From NCBI GenBank assembly GCA_002420425.1, contig DIIC01000044.1, forward strand, positions 905-64,904: a stretch of DNA of 64,000 nucleotides. Reading direction: 5' to 3'. The translations under genes and the position numbers were made by a program. The notes beneath the pieces are model-generated. The model saw nothing but the letters and a program-made list of their open reading frames with translations, made no database searches and had not been told where the DNA came from. This stretch comes from Proteobacteria bacterium UBA5680 (lineage in GTDB: Bacteria > Pseudomonadota > Gammaproteobacteria > Arenicellales > UBA5680). Positions 1 through 10,629 of this stretch are shown here, in pieces (position 1 is the first letter of the stretch; each line of letters starts with the position of its first letter).

Positions 1-124
1 ATGTTGCCCCCAGTTGCCCCCAGATGTCAATGTAGAACATAGGACAAGAATGGAGACAAAACCAGCGTTTTTGCTTTATCTAAAGGGTATATTGGCCATT
101 ATCGGAGAAGGGTGGAGCGGAATA

Positions 125-201
125 TGGTGGCTATGGGTGGACTTGAACCACCGACTCCGGCATTATGAATGCCGTGCTCTAACCAACTGAGCTACATAGC
201 C
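125..201 (-). tRNA. tRNA-Met (anticodon CAT), elongator type, CCA encoded
   Basis: Reverse complement reads GGCTATGTAGCTCAGTTGGTTAGAGCACGGCATTCATAATGCCGGAGTCGGTGGTTCAAGTCCACCCATAGCCACCA. It has a 7-bp acceptor stem, a D arm AGCTCAGTTGGTTAGAGC, an anticodon stem CGGCA/TGCCG with loop TTCATAA, and a T arm GGTTCAAGTCC. The acceptor and D arms resemble E. coli elongator tRNA-Met rather than the lysidine tRNA-Ile2. Confidence 0.9.
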
Positions 202-221
202 ATATTCAGGCGGGGCGCCGA

Positions 222-250
222 ATTTTCGAGGCTGTACTGCATAATGTCAA
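222..250 (-). promoter_or_regulatory. Putative sigma70 promoter for tRNA-Met
   Basis: On the minus strand there is a perfect -35 TTGACA (245-250), a 17-nt spacer and a -10 GAAAAT (222-227). A GC-rich discriminator (TCGGCGCCCCGCC) follows, and the tRNA 5' end lies 20 nt downstream of the -10. Confidence 0.45.
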
Positions 251-280
251 GAACCGGAGCGTTTCGGCTCTCTTAAATAC

Positions 281-1372
281 TCAAACGTTGAAACGAAAGT
301 GCATCACATCGCCATCCTTGACAGTGTAGTCTTTTCCCTCAAGGCGTAGTTTGCCGGCCTCTTTCGCCCCCTGCTCACCATTGCCGGTAATGAAATCACC
401 ATAACCGATGGTCTCGGCGCGGATAAACCCACGTTCAAAATCGGTATGGATGACCCCGGCAGCCTGAGGGGCGGTGCTCTCCCGGGCCACTGTCCACGCC
501 CGAGCCTCTTTCTCTCCGGCGGTAAAATAGGTCAGCAGGCCGAGGAGTTCGTAACCGGCGCGAATCACCCTGCTGAGCCCCGACTCATCCTGCCCCATCT
601 CCTGAAGAAAGAGGGCCTGCTCCGCCTCATCGAGGTCAGCCAGTTCAGACTCAATGGCAGCACACAGCGGGACGACGACAGAGCCCTCTCTTTCGGCTAT
701 CTGACGAATCACCTGAAGAGCCGGATTATCGACGAACCCCTCTTCATCGACATTGGCGATATACATGTTGGGCTTTACTGTGAGCAGTGAGAGGGGCTTC
801 AACAACTTGATCTCCTCCTCCTCCAGCCCCATGGCCCGAACAGGCTCGCCGTGATCAAGATGCGCCTTAACCCTGGCCAGCAGTGCACTCAGGCGAAGCT
901 GTTCCTTATCACCCGCTTTGGATGCTTTCTGGGCCCGGTCCAGCCCCCTCTCCACGGTGTCCATATCGGCCAGGGCAAGTTCCGTGTTGATGGTCTCAAT
1001 ATCGGCAACGGGGTCGATGCGGTTGGCAACGTGGGTGACGTTTTCATCTTCAAAGGCTCGAACCACATGGGCGATGGCATCAACTTCGCGGATATGGGCA
1101 AGAAACTTGTTCCCCAACCCCTCGCCGCGAGAGGCCCCTTCGACCAGGCCGGCAATATCGACAAATTCGATGGTGGTTGGGATCACTCTTTTTGGGTTGA
1201 CGATCGCCGCAATGGCATCAAGCCGGGGATCGGGCACTTCAACCACCCCCACATTTGGATCAATGGTACAAAACGGATAGTTCTGTGCATCGACCCCGGA
1301 CGCAGTCAGGGCATTGAAAAGGGTCGATTTGCCGACATTGGGCAGGCCCACGATTCCACAACGAAAACCCAC
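281..1372 (-). CDS. ychF: Ribosome-binding ATPase YchF
   Basis: 363-aa ORF with P-loop [12 protein letters not shown] and a conserved C-terminus ending [11 protein letters not shown]. It sits in the classic position next to pth. Confidence 0.95.
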   Translation of the reverse strand: MGFRCGIVGLPNVGKSTLFNALTASGVDAQNYPFCTIDPNVGVVEVPDPRLDAIAAIVNPKRVIPTTIEFVDIAGLVEGASRGEGLGNKFLAHIREVDAIAHVVRAFEDENVTHVANRIDPVADIETINTELALADMDTVERGLDRAQKASKAGDKEQLRLSALLARVKAHLDHGEPVRAMGLEEEEIKLLKPLSLLTVKPNMYIANVDEEGFVDNPALQVIRQIAEREGSVVVPLCAAIESELADLDEAEQALFLQEMGQDESGLSRVIRAGYELLGLLTYFTAGEKEARAWTVARESTAPQAAGVIHTDFERGFIRAETIGYGDFITGNGEQGAKEAGKLRLEGKDYTVKDGDVMHFRFNV

Positions 1373-1394
1373 TTACACTCTCTCCAGGACTATT

Positions 1395-1979
1395 TTAGCT
1401 TTCAGGGTCACAATGCAATGCATTCATTGCAAGATCTGATTTTCCACTGATCACCTCCGGCATGATGGGCAGTACTCGATCTATTGCCCCCCTGATTGCA
1501 ATCTCTTCATCTGAACCGGGCCTCTTGAGCACATATGAGACCACCTGATCTGCCGAACCCGGATGGCCAATTCCCAGTCTGAGGCGTTGAAAATCCCGGC
1601 TCCCCAACTGGGTGATGATGTCTCTCAGGCCATTATGACCGCCGTGGCCACCGCCCTGCTTGAGTCGTACCACACCGGGAGGCAGATCCAGGTCATCATG
1701 GATGACCAGAATATTCTCCGGAGCAATGCGATAGAACCGGGAGCAGGCCGATACCGCTGATCCACTCCGATTCATATAGGTGGTGGGTGCCAGTGCCCTG
1801 ATTGTCGACCCTGCAACAGTGAGTCGCCCCACATCGCCAAAGAATTTTGGCTCTGATGCCAGCGTCCCCCCTGAGCCTGAAATCAACGCCTCAAGAAACC
1901 AGTAGCCGGCATTATGTCGGTCCCGGGCATGTTTCTGGCCAGGATTTCCAAGTCCGACAACAAGAGATACAGGGCCCAT
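1395..1979 (-). CDS. pth: Peptidyl-tRNA hydrolase
   Basis: 194 aa with the N-terminal LVVGLGNPG...HNAGYWF signature of Pth. Confidence 0.95.
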   Translation of the reverse strand: MGPVSLVVGLGNPGQKHARDRHNAGYWFLEALISGSGGTLASEPKFFGDVGRLTVAGSTIRALAPTTYMNRSGSAVSACSRFYRIAPENILVIHDDLDLPPGVVRLKQGGGHGGHNGLRDIITQLGSRDFQRLRLGIGHPGSADQVVSYVLKRPGSDEEIAIRGAIDRVLPIMPEVISGKSDLAMNALHCDPES

Positions 1980-2019
1980 ATGCAGTCAGACCTCGAAACT
2001 GACTGAGGTCCAACCTCTC

Positions 2020-2721
2020 CTAACTGCTGGCCTCTTCGCTGTCGCTCTGTTCTGCTTCAGCTTCACCTTCACCTTCACCTTCAGTTGCAGCTTCAATATC
2101 ATCCTCATCCAACACATCAGACTCTTCGACCTCTTCTTCCACGGCCTTCGGCGGCAGTATCACCACAACGGTCTGGTCTTCTCCGCCATGAGCAAAAGCT
2201 GTGACTTCTACCCCTTCCGGCAGGGCAACCGCTGAGAGCATTAGAGACTGGTTCATGCGAAGTGTGGTGATATCCAGCTCCAAAAACTCCGGCAGATCCT
2301 TGGGCAGACAGGTGATGTCGATCTCAGGGACAAGGTGGGAGATGATGCCGCCATCGAGTTTGACCCCCTCGCACTCCTCTTCACCAGTGAAGTGGAGAGG
2401 CACCTTGATATGGAGCACCTGGTCAGCTCTCACCCGCTGAAAATCAAGATGTTCAATCTCTTGCCTGAAAGGGTGATGCTGAACCTCACGGAGGATCGCT
2501 TCTTCGCTCTTTCCATCGTAGTTGATCTTGATTACAGCTGAATGAAAAGCCTCTTTCTCCAGATCATGGAATATTTCATTATGGTCTACTGTCAGTGAAA
2601 CATTGGGCTGATCAGTACCGTATAGTACGGCTGGAACCTTGCCTTCATGACGTAGACGTCGACTTGATGCGGTACCGGTTGCGGTACGGATGCTGGCACT
2701 AAGTTCAAATTGCACACTCAT
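2020..2721 (-). CDS. rplY: 50S ribosomal protein L25 / general stress protein Ctc, with a long acidic tail
   Basis: 233 aa with the L25 N-terminal domain (RHEGKVPAVLYG). The C-terminal ~45 residues are rich in Asp and Glu. Confidence 0.9.
   Translation of the reverse strand: MSVQFELSASIRTATGTASSRRLRHEGKVPAVLYGTDQPNVSLTVDHNEIFHDLEKEAFHSAVIKINYDGKSEEAILREVQHHPFRQEIEHLDFQRVRADQVLHIKVPLHFTGEEECEGVKLDGGIISHLVPEIDITCLPKDLPEFLELDITTLRMNQSLMLSAVALPEGVEVTAFAHGGEDQTVVVILPPKAVEEEVEESDVLDEDDIEAATEGEGEGEAEAEQSDSEEASS
2055..2084. repeat. In-frame hexanucleotide tandem repeat inside the rplY tail
   Basis: The plus strand reads cttcag-cttcac-cttcac-cttcac-cttcag, five 6-nt units, encoding EGEGEGEAE in L25. 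Confidence 0.9.
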
Positions 2722-2842
2722 TTTTTTCTATCTCCGAATTCATTCCCATCACTGCCCCGAATATCGGCAACAGTTGATAAGCCGGGCCTTTTCCCGGTCT
2801 TGTGGCAGCCCTTATTCCCTGAAAAGAGAGGGCAAAATAGTC

Positions 2843-3799
2843 CTATTCAACAAACATCGAGCTGACTGAATCATTGGTGGCAATCCGCCTGATCGACTCT
2901 CCAAGCAGCTCTGAAATGCTGAGCTGGCGGATTTTAACGCATTTTTGTGCCTCTTCGCCAAGTGGAATCGTGTCAGTGACCACAACCTGGTCAAGCTGGG
3001 AGGCAGAAATGGTCTCAATAGCCGCTCCGGAGAGCACCGGATGGGTGCAATAGGCAAGCACCCGAGTGGCTCCATTCTCCTTCAGGGCAGAGGCGGCCTC
3101 ACACAGGGTATTGGCCGTATCGACCATATCATCCATCAATACACAGGAACGACCCTCGACATCACCGATAATATTCATCACTTTGGCGACATTGGCTTTT
3201 GGGCGGCGTTTATCGATGATCGCCAGATCCGCACCCATATGCTTGGCCATTGCCCTTGCCCGAACCACCCCTCCAACATCAGGGGAGACCACCAGAATAT
3301 CATCGCCTTCAGCTCGATAGAGGGCTCCCAACATAACCGGCGAGGCATAGATATTGTCCGTCGGGATATCAAAAAAACCCTGAATCTGGTCGGCATGAAG
3401 ATCCATGGTCAGGACTCGATCGATGTCTGCGGTGGAGATCATTTTCGCCACCAGCTTGGCTGTAATGGCAACTCTTGCCGTTCTCGGACGTCGGTCCTGG
3501 CGTGCGTAACCCAGATAGGGGATAACGGCAATAATTCTCCCGGCAGATGCTCTACGCAGTGCATCGGCCATAATCAACAACTCCATAAGGTTGTCATTAC
3601 TGGGCGCACAGGTGGATTGGATGACAAAAACATCACGTCCGCGAATATGGTCTTCCACCTCAACATTGATCTCGCCATCACTGAAACGACCCACCTGGAT
3701 TCGTCCGAGCGACATTCCGAGGTATTGGGCGACCTTTGATGCCAGTGCTGGATTGGCATTCCCGGTGAAGAGGGTAAAGTTGTCGATAATTGTTGGCAT
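2843..3799 (-). CDS. prs: Ribose-phosphate pyrophosphokinase
   Basis: 318 aa with motifs [14 protein letters not shown] and the PRPP-binding loop [13 protein letters not shown]. Confidence 0.95.
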   Translation of the reverse strand: MPTIIDNFTLFTGNANPALASKVAQYLGMSLGRIQVGRFSDGEINVEVEDHIRGRDVFVIQSTCAPSNDNLMELLIMADALRRASAGRIIAVIPYLGYARQDRRPRTARVAITAKLVAKMISTADIDRVLTMDLHADQIQGFFDIPTDNIYASPVMLGALYRAEGDDILVVSPDVGGVVRARAMAKHMGADLAIIDKRRPKANVAKVMNIIGDVEGRSCVLMDDMVDTANTLCEAASALKENGATRVLAYCTHPVLSGAAIETISASQLDQVVVTDTIPLGEEAQKCVKIRQLSISELLGESIRRIATNDSVSSMFVE

Positions 3800-3825
3800 A
3801 GGGTTCTTCAGTCAGTTATTAGGGT

Positions 3826-3902
3826 TGGCTGGGGTGCCAGGATTCGAACCTGGGAATGCCGGAATCAAAATCCGGTGCCTTGGGCCTCTTGGCTACACCC
3901 CA
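3826..3902 (-). tRNA. tRNA-Gln (anticodon TTG), CCA encoded
   Basis: Reverse complement reads TGGGGTGTAGCCAAGAGGCCCAAGGCACCGGATTTTGATTCCGGCATTCCCAGGTTCGAATCCTGGCACCCCAGCCA. The anticodon stem is CCGGA/TCCGG with loop TTTTGAT, and the T arm is GGTTCGAATCC. It lies between prs and ispE, as in Pseudomonas. Confidence 0.9.
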
Positions 3903-3956
3903 GGAGTTATTGTTCTCATCTCCAATGTAGCGGGTTGCCCCCTTTTCGTCTATCGA

Positions 3957-4814
3957 TCAATGTTCCTTTCTCCAAAATGGATGAAAATCTACCCCTCGGG
4001 CAATAAATCCTCTCCACATCTCTGGCATCTGCGCCAGTATGCTCTGGCCGAAAGCGGTATTTTCCAGCTCGATAAAAACCGCTGCACCACTTCCCGTCAT
4101 CCTTGCCCGGCCATAATCTCCCAACCACTCTAGCACTTCACCCACCTCTGGATAGAGCCTGCAGGTAACCTTCTCCAAATCATTTCGTGACTCTCCCGCC
4201 TGATAGTCGGCTATTGTGATAAGCGGACTATTCCGTGTCAATTTTGAATCCGAAAAAATCCTCGATGTGGCCACATTTACCGGTGGAATAACCACCAGAT
4301 AGGTGGTTGGCGGCAATTCTACTGCAGAGAGCCGGTCACCCACCCCCTCTGCCCAGGCTGCGTGTCCCTGAATAAAAACCGGAACATCGGCGCCAAGGCT
4401 CAATCCCAGCTCCTTAAGCTCTGAGGAGGACAGCCCCAACTCCCATAACTGGTTGAGAGCGAGCAGGGTTGTCGCCGCATCCGAGCTTCCGCCCCCCAGG
4501 CCGGCGCCCAGAGGGATCTTCTTCTCCACGCTGATCTCAACCCCCTTTGAACTACCCGATTGACTCTGGAGCAAGCGAGCCGCGCGAATAATAAGGTCCT
4601 CATCAATCGATACCGCCTCATTCCCTGATGATCGATCGATCGCTGCTTCTGGAGTTGGGATGAATTCAAGCCAATCGCCAAAATCGAGAAAGCGAAAGAG
4701 GGTCTGCAACTCATGGTAGCCATCCTCACGACGGCCCACCACATGGAGAAACAGATTTAGCTTTGCAGGAGCAAAAAAACGTGTCTGGTTTGTACTCAGG
4801 GGGTGTCCCTCCAC
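3957..4814 (-). CDS. ispE: 4-diphosphocytidyl-2-C-methyl-D-erythritol kinase
   Basis: 285 aa GHMP kinase with PAKLNLFLHVVGRREDGYH and PLGAGLGGGSSDAAT. Confidence 0.93.
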   Translation of the reverse strand: MEGHPLSTNQTRFFAPAKLNLFLHVVGRREDGYHELQTLFRFLDFGDWLEFIPTPEAAIDRSSGNEAVSIDEDLIIRAARLLQSQSGSSKGVEISVEKKIPLGAGLGGGSSDAATTLLALNQLWELGLSSSELKELGLSLGADVPVFIQGHAAWAEGVGDRLSAVELPPTTYLVVIPPVNVATSRIFSDSKLTRNSPLITIADYQAGESRNDLEKVTCRLYPEVGEVLEWLGDYGRARMTGSGAAVFIELENTAFGQSILAQMPEMWRGFIARGVDFHPFWRKEH

Positions 4815-5437
4815 TGTCCAACCACAACCTGAAAATTGAGAGTGTCGCCCAGGTCCCTGCCTTCTGCATCAACAAGTGAAACAGTCCCTGGCAATGCCTC
4901 GATCCAAAGACGCTTGGGCAGCATCAAATCGCCCACCTGAGTATATTCGATAAAAGTAATCTCCCAGCCGGACTGCACCAGCCTCTTTAGCCTTCCAATG
5001 CTATCAAGCTCAAACTGATCTCTCGGGCCTGGTGCGGGGAGGCCAATAATCCAGTACTGAAGCGGCTCAAAGGGCACCTCCCACCCCCCTTGTTGTCTCA
5101 GCAACTCAGCGATGGTCTGGGCGGTGAACTTATTCTGCTGGGCATCCTCGAGGATGGCTCCATGCTGATTCAGGGTGATTCGGGTTTGCCCTGACCCAAA
5201 AATACCGAAGAGGTTGATCTGATGATCAGCCATTGCTCGCGACCAGTTCAGGGAGAGGCTGTCTGCACGGTGATCTGTCCGCACTCCCAGTCTGCCGTGG
5301 AGATTCCAATGGTCAATGGTGTGGAGCTGTTGCTCATGGGCCTCCCAGGCCAGCCCGGGATCAACTGGCTCAGGCTGAGGCCCCATGGTTGAACATCCCG
5401 AAAGCAACAGGAGTATCGCCAGCCACCCTCTTCTCAT
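4796..5437 (-). CDS. lolB: Outer-membrane lipoprotein LolB
   Basis: 213 aa with a signal peptide and lipobox LLLLSGC. It overlaps ispE by 19 nt and sits in the conserved lolB-ispE position. Confidence 0.8.
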   Translation of the reverse strand: MRRGWLAILLLLSGCSTMGPQPEPVDPGLAWEAHEQQLHTIDHWNLHGRLGVRTDHRADSLSLNWSRAMADHQINLFGIFGSGQTRITLNQHGAILEDAQQNKFTAQTIAELLRQQGGWEVPFEPLQYWIIGLPAPGPRDQFELDSIGRLKRLVQSGWEITFIEYTQVGDLMLPKRLWIEALPGTVSLVDAEGRDLGDTLNFQVVVGQWRDTP

Positions 5438-7167
5438 GGATCAAGTCTCTGCATCGTCTCCTTGAGAACCGAACTATCGGGGTTCTCTTCATAGGCATGC
5501 CCCCAAATCTCCCGAGCCCTCTCTCTCCCCCCGGAGACCCAGTTCACTTCACCCAGATGGGCCGCAATCTCAGCGTCCGGAAACAACTCGAATGCTTGCT
5601 GGAGGTAGTTGATGGCTTGCTCATGATTCCCAAGACGAAAATGGACCCACCCGATACTGTCGAGAATAAAGGGGTCATCGGGCCGTAGTTCAAGTGCGCG
5701 GGAGATCAGTTCAAGCGCCTCATCCAACCGATCCGTCTTGTCGGCCAGGGTATAGCCCAGCGCATTGTAAGCATGGGGATTATCGGGCTCGATCTGAATC
5801 AACCGACGCATATCCTGCTCATGTTCTTCAAGCCGTCCCATGGTTGCGGTGATCAGACCTCTTTGATAGAGAAAACGGGGGTTCTCGGGCTGCTCATCCA
5901 TAGCCCGATCCAACATCTCCTTTGCTTCGGCAAGCCGGCCGGCCTCGCGGAGCAGTGCCTCACCAGCCAGTATCAACTCCTCATATTGATCTTCAGATTC
6001 AGGCTCAACCCCCTGGAGAAATTCAATGGCACTGTCGACTCCCTGTTGTTCGCTCAGGATTTTAGCAAGCCCGAGTTGCACCTGAAGTCGATGTTTCTCA
6101 CCCGTCAGAGAGTGATACCACTTTTCTGCCCGCTGATAGTGACCAAGCTTGGTCTCAAGCTCTGCGAGATAGAGCCGGGCTATATCGGAGTTGGAGGTGG
6201 GCCGAAGGGCAACAAACCGCTCGAGATAACCCACTGCCGCTGCGTAGCCATCAAGCTCTGCACTGACAAGGGCAGTGGTAAAGAGTGCTTCGGCATTCTC
6301 CGGCTGTTCATCAACCACCCGTAACAGGTGCTCAAGTGCTCTGGCCAGTTCACCCAGATCCACCAAGTGTTGGCCATATTGAAGGCGAAAGGCGGTTGCG
6401 CCGGGGTAGGTTGTCAGAAACAAATCGGCAAAGGCAGAAAGCCCCTGAAGATCATTATCAGCGATCAACAGCTCCACTTTGATCTTTGCTGCTCTTTCGT
6501 TCCCTGGACTTAACTTGAGTGCCTCTTCTATCGCCAGCATGGCCACTTCGGGCGCTTTGTGTCTTCTGGCAACATCAGCCCTGCCAAGTTGAGCCTCAAA
6601 CTGGTTGGGGTGATGCCTTAACAGACGATCATAGAGGGTGAGACCATCTCCCACATCTGGATAGCCGAGCATCTGGGTAATCCTTCGATAGACCGGCCCC
6701 ACCTCTCGACCCGCCTTCCTGATGATCTCTTCCAGACGCTCAATGGCCTCTTCAGAGCGCCCAAGCCCCAGTAAAATACGGATGAGGGCATCATTTGCCC
6801 GTGTCTCATCAGGGTCGAGTTCGATCCAGATTGTTGCGGCTGCGCGGGCCTCTTCCAGCTTTCCCGCTTTTACCGCCAACTGCGTGGCTCGAGCCGCCAG
6901 CCTGTGATCCCGGGCCATCTCGGCCGCACGCAGCAGTGCTGAGACGGACTCCTCTGTATTCCCCCGTTGTGCTGAGATTTCACCAACAATAACCTCATAG
7001 AGCAACTCCCCTGAAAGCACTGTTGGCTCTCTCAAGGAGGCATCGGTGGCAGCCCTGTTCTCAGGCGGCGAGGCGCAACTGGCGAACGCCAGAACGGCCA
7101 CCAGCATCACCATTGATGGGTGGGTTTTCCTGCACCTGGTTAACAAACAGTAATGAAAAACGTTCAT
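5434..7167 (-). CDS. Tetratricopeptide-repeat (TPR) lipoprotein, function unknown
   Basis: 577 aa with an N-terminal signal and a possible lipobox (AFASC), then many TPR-like helical repeats. It has a 4-nt overlap with lolB and occupies the same position as the TPR gene between lolB and hemA in Pseudomonas. Confidence 0.8.
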   Translation of the reverse strand: MNVFHYCLLTRCRKTHPSMVMLVAVLAFASCASPPENRAATDASLREPTVLSGELLYEVIVGEISAQRGNTEESVSALLRAAEMARDHRLAARATQLAVKAGKLEEARAAATIWIELDPDETRANDALIRILLGLGRSEEAIERLEEIIRKAGREVGPVYRRITQMLGYPDVGDGLTLYDRLLRHHPNQFEAQLGRADVARRHKAPEVAMLAIEEALKLSPGNERAAKIKVELLIADNDLQGLSAFADLFLTTYPGATAFRLQYGQHLVDLGELARALEHLLRVVDEQPENAEALFTTALVSAELDGYAAAVGYLERFVALRPTSNSDIARLYLAELETKLGHYQRAEKWYHSLTGEKHRLQVQLGLAKILSEQQGVDSAIEFLQGVEPESEDQYEELILAGEALLREAGRLAEAKEMLDRAMDEQPENPRFLYQRGLITATMGRLEEHEQDMRRLIQIEPDNPHAYNALGYTLADKTDRLDEALELISRALELRPDDPFILDSIGWVHFRLGNHEQAINYLQQAFELFPDAEIAAHLGEVNWVSGGRERAREIWGHAYEENPDSSVLKETMQRLDP

Positions 7168-7343
7168 CCCCTATCCGTATCGGTGCCGGTCAGCTGTTAT
7201 AGTCTGACTAGCCACTTAAGAGAGCCTGAGTGTCATATACCCGAGGCCCATCTGCAAGCATACTGATTATCTGTAATTTTGGAATTACTTGACACTTCCC
7301 TACTAACACGCACAATTTATCTATTTTTACCCTTTGACGCCCT

Positions 7344-8594
7344 ATGCACCTGATCACAATCGGCTTAAACCATGAAACTGCCCCTGTTGCAATCAGGGAG
7401 CAGGCGGTGTTTGGCCCGGAAAAGCTGGTGCCGGCACTCCAAGACCTCACTGCACAGCGAGACATTGATGAGACAGCGATACTCTCTACCTGCAACCGCA
7501 CAGAAATCTACTGTCGGCAGCAGCAGCCTGATGGCCAGGCTGTCGTCAAATGGCTGTGTCAATTTCATGCCCTTGAGCCCCAGCAGCTTCAGGAGTGTCT
7601 CTACCACCACCCAGAGGAGGAGGCTGTCAAACATGCCTTCAGAGTAGCTTCAGGGCTTGACTCCATGGTTCTCGGGGAACCTCAGATTCTGGGACAGATG
7701 AAAACGGCCTTCGCTACTGCACATAAGGCGGGGACGACGGGAAAAATCCTCAACCGCCTCTTTCAGAATACCTTCTCAGTTGCCAAGCAGGTAAGAACCG
7801 ATACTGCAATTGGTGCAAGCGCCGTCTCCATCGCCTATGCGGCGGTTGATCTGGCGAAAAAGATATTTGCTGATCTGGGCACAAAGACAGTGCTCCTGAT
7901 CGGGGCCGGTGAGACCATAGAGCTTGTTGCGCGCCATCTGACGAATAATGGGGTACGCCATATCATTGTAGCCAACCGTTCTGTAGAGCGGGCTGAGCTG
8001 CTTACCAGCCGTATCAGCGGAGAAGCGATCGCACTCAGTGAACTCCCCAATCGCCTGGCTGAGGCAGATATCATTATTGCTTCCACAGCCAGTACTCTGC
8101 CTATCCTTGGAAAAGGTGCGGTGGAGAGTGCACTCAAGCTGCGCCGCCACAAGCCTATATTCATGGTGGATCTGGCAGTACCCCGTGACATCGAAGCCGA
8201 AGTCGGTGGCCTGGCCGATATTTTTCTCTACACCGTCGATGACCTGAAGCAGATTATTGAAGAGAACATCTCATCCCGGCGTGATGCCGCAGATGAGGCG
8301 GAGAAGATAATTGCCCTGGAGACCATCCGCTTCATGCACTGGCTAAGAGGCCTCAATGCAGTCCCGACGATTCGCTCCTTCAGAAAAAACGTCGATGATC
8401 TTCGTAATGCAGCGCTTGAGCAAGCCTACCGACAACTGGCCGCTGGAGAGAATCCAGAGAGAATAATTGAAATCCTGGCCCACAACCTCAGTAATAAGTT
8501 TGCCCACGCGCCAAGCCAGGCTCTTAAACAAGCTGACAACGAGGGAAACTCGCGCCTCCTGTCTGCTGCTCGCAAGCTCTTTATGCTCGATTGA
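7344..8594 (+). CDS. hemA: Glutamyl-tRNA reductase
   Basis: 416 aa with the catalytic-Cys motif STCNRTEIY and the NADPH-binding segment [16 protein letters not shown]. Confidence 0.95.
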   Translation: MHLITIGLNHETAPVAIREQAVFGPEKLVPALQDLTAQRDIDETAILSTCNRTEIYCRQQQPDGQAVVKWLCQFHALEPQQLQECLYHHPEEEAVKHAFRVASGLDSMVLGEPQILGQMKTAFATAHKAGTTGKILNRLFQNTFSVAKQVRTDTAIGASAVSIAYAAVDLAKKIFADLGTKTVLLIGAGETIELVARHLTNNGVRHIIVANRSVERAELLTSRISGEAIALSELPNRLAEADIIIASTASTLPILGKGAVESALKLRRHKPIFMVDLAVPRDIEAEVGGLADIFLYTVDDLKQIIEENISSRRDAADEAEKIIALETIRFMHWLRGLNAVPTIRSFRKNVDDLRNAALEQAYRQLAAGENPERIIEILAHNLSNKFAHAPSQALKQADNEGNSRLLSAARKLFMLD

Positions 8595-8599
8595 TCAAA

Positions 8600-9694
8600 A
8601 TGAAGCAATCCATTCAGACAAAACTTGAACAACTGGTCGAGCGCCATGAAGAGCTGGGAGCCCTCCTGTCTGAACCCGCGGTGATCGAAGAGCAGAATCG
8701 GTTCCGCCAGCTCTCAATAGAGCTTTCCGAACTGGCCCCGGTGGTGGCTGAGTATGGCCACTATCGAGAGCTCAGCGATGAAATCAACTCCGCCCGGGAG
8801 ATGCTCAAAGACGGCGACTCGGAAGTAAGAGAGATGGCCTCTGAAGAACTGCCCGCCCTTGAACAGGGTCTGCAACAATCCTCTGAACTCCTGCAGCGGC
8901 TTCTGCTCCCCAAGGATCCCAATGATGATCGCAATATCTTCCTTGAGATCCGGGCTGGAACCGGAGGGGACGAGGCGGCACTTTTTGCAGGAGATCTCTT
9001 TAGAATGTACCAGACCTATGCAGAGCAACAGCGCTGGCAGGTTGAGATTGTCAGCTATCGAAATGGTGAACACGGCGGGTACAAGGAGATCATAAGCCGA
9101 ATCGCAGGAGGTGGCGCTTACTCAAAGCTGAAGTTTGAATCCGGTGCCCACCGGGTCCAACGGGTTCCGGAGACTGAGTCCCAGGGGCGAATTCATACCT
9201 CCGCCTGTACCGTTGCAATCCTTGCTGAATCTGATGAGATCGATGAGATCGAGATCAATCCACAGGAATTAAGAACCGATACCTTTCGTGCTTCAGGCGC
9301 TGGTGGTCAGCATGTCAACCGTACTGATTCTGCAGTTCGACTCACCCATCTGCCCAGCGGGATCGTTGTTGAGTGTCAGGATGAGCGTTCCCAACATAAG
9401 AACCGGGCAAGGGCGATGTCGGTACTTAAAGCCCGGCTGCTGGAGGCTGAACGCAGTCGACAGCAGGCAGAAGAGGCCGAAATCCGCCGCAATTTGGTCG
9501 GCAGTGGAGATCGTTCTGAACGGATAAGGACCTATAATTATCCTCAAGGACGCATCACTGACCACCGCATCAACTTGACGCTCTACAAACTTGATGAGGT
9601 GCTTGCCGGAGGGCTCAGTCAGGTGATTGAGCCGCTGATTGTCGAATACCAGGCTGACCAGCTTGCCGCCCTAGGGGAGGAGAACGCACTCTGA
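8600..9694 (+). CDS. prfA: Peptide chain release factor 1
   Basis: GGQ motif [16 protein letters not shown] and an RF1-type PxT tripeptide ([14 protein letters not shown]). I placed the start at ATG 8600 (MKQSIQ...) rather than TTG 8591, by comparison with the E. coli PrfA N-terminus. Confidence 0.95.
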   Translation: MKQSIQTKLEQLVERHEELGALLSEPAVIEEQNRFRQLSIELSELAPVVAEYGHYRELSDEINSAREMLKDGDSEVREMASEELPALEQGLQQSSELLQRLLLPKDPNDDRNIFLEIRAGTGGDEAALFAGDLFRMYQTYAEQQRWQVEIVSYRNGEHGGYKEIISRIAGGGAYSKLKFESGAHRVQRVPETESQGRIHTSACTVAILAESDEIDEIEINPQELRTDTFRASGAGGQHVNRTDSAVRLTHLPSGIVVECQDERSQHKNRARAMSVLKARLLEAERSRQQAEEAEIRRNLVGSGDRSERIRTYNYPQGRITDHRINLTLYKLDEVLAGGLSQVIEPLIVEYQADQLAALGEENAL

Positions 9695-9702
9695 CTACTC
9701 TC

Positions 9703-10554
9703 GTGGGAGCTCTTCTGGAAGAGGGAAGGCAACGCCTCCTGGGAAAGACAGATCAACCGTCACAAGAAGCACAAATCCTCCTAAGCCACAGCAGCGGGCT
9801 CACCCATGCCCAGATTATTGCCAATCCCGACCATAGCCTGTCTGAAAAGAGTACCGCCGACTTTACCGGCCTTATTGACAGAAGGGTAAATGGAGAACCC
9901 ATTGCCTACCTTTGTGGGGCTCGGGAGTTCTGGTCCTTAAAGCTCACGGTCTCAAAAGATGTCCTCATTCCGCGCCCAGAAACCGAGCTTCTGGTCGAAC
10001 GAACACTGATCAGGATGGCCCTTTGGGAGAGCCCTGTTGTGGCTGACCTTGGAACAGGCTCAGGAGCAGTTGCCCTTGCTCTTGCAAAGGAGTCCCCCCC
10101 GACCCGGATCATCGCGACTGACCGCTCTGATGACGCCCTTGGAATTGCCCGGCAGAACAGCCAGCAGCTGGGCATTAACAACGTTGAATTTTACTGTGGC
10201 CGTTGGTTTGATGCCCTGGGGCCAAAGCTCAAGTCCAGGATCAATATCATTGCCTCAAACCCTCCCTATGTGATGGAAGGGGATCCCCACCTGTTACAAG
10301 GCGACCTTCCCTGGGAGCCTCGTCAGGCACTGATTTCAGGAAGAGATGGTCTGGCAGCTTTTGGAACGATTATTTCTGAGGCCCCCCGATGGCTTACCCC
10401 AAGCGGCTGGCTCCTTCTTGAGCATGGTCCTGCCCAGCAGGATCATGTCCGCGTATTGATGGAAGAGGCAGGCTTTTTGGAGATTACGGGTCACAGCGAC
10501 CTTGCAGGGCTGCCAAGAGTAACAGAGGGTCAACTCCCACCCCCTTGCGGTTGA
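9703..10554 (+). CDS. prmC: Release-factor glutamine N5-methyltransferase
   Basis: 283 aa with a GTG start, SAM-binding VADLGTGSGAVALA and the NPPY motif IIASNPPYV. It lies downstream of prfA. Confidence 0.9.
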   Translation: MGALLEEGRQRLLGKTDQPSQEAQILLSHSSGLTHAQIIANPDHSLSEKSTADFTGLIDRRVNGEPIAYLCGAREFWSLKLTVSKDVLIPRPETELLVERTLIRMALWESPVVADLGTGSGAVALALAKESPPTRIIATDRSDDALGIARQNSQQLGINNVEFYCGRWFDALGPKLKSRINIIASNPPYVMEGDPHLLQGDLPWEPRQALISGRDGLAAFGTIISEAPRWLTPSGWLLLEHGPAQQDHVRVLMEEAGFLEITGHSDLAGLPRVTEGQLPPPCG

Positions 10555-10629
10555 GTGGGAATAGACCGACAACCCAAGCTTAACCAAAAGAAGCCAAAGC
10601 CCTCCCTCTGTTTGGGCATTTAAGGCTCC

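Noticed and set aside
3-22. Tandem duplication gttgccccca-gttgccccca at the very start of the window.
   Set aside because: There are only two copies of a 10-mer, and it sits at the window edge with no context. I cannot tell whether it is part of a coding region or a larger repeat.
1-124. The 3' flank of tRNA-Met as a possible genomic-island or prophage attachment site.
   Set aside because: Only 124 nt are visible downstream of the tRNA. There is no integrase and no direct repeat of the tRNA 3' end within the window, so nothing supports an insertion.
2945-3739. A 264-aa plus-strand ORF antisense to prs. Similar long antisense ORFs occur at 851-1450 (ychF), 14906-15499 (RND), 20643-21473 (gor), 32156-32875 (rph), 37475-38137 (moeB) and 38417-38920 (moaC).
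   Set aside because: Each lies entirely within a well-supported conserved gene on the other strand. Their translations are low-complexity and rich in Arg, Ser, Pro and Gly, with no recognisable motifs. These are typical shadow ORFs.
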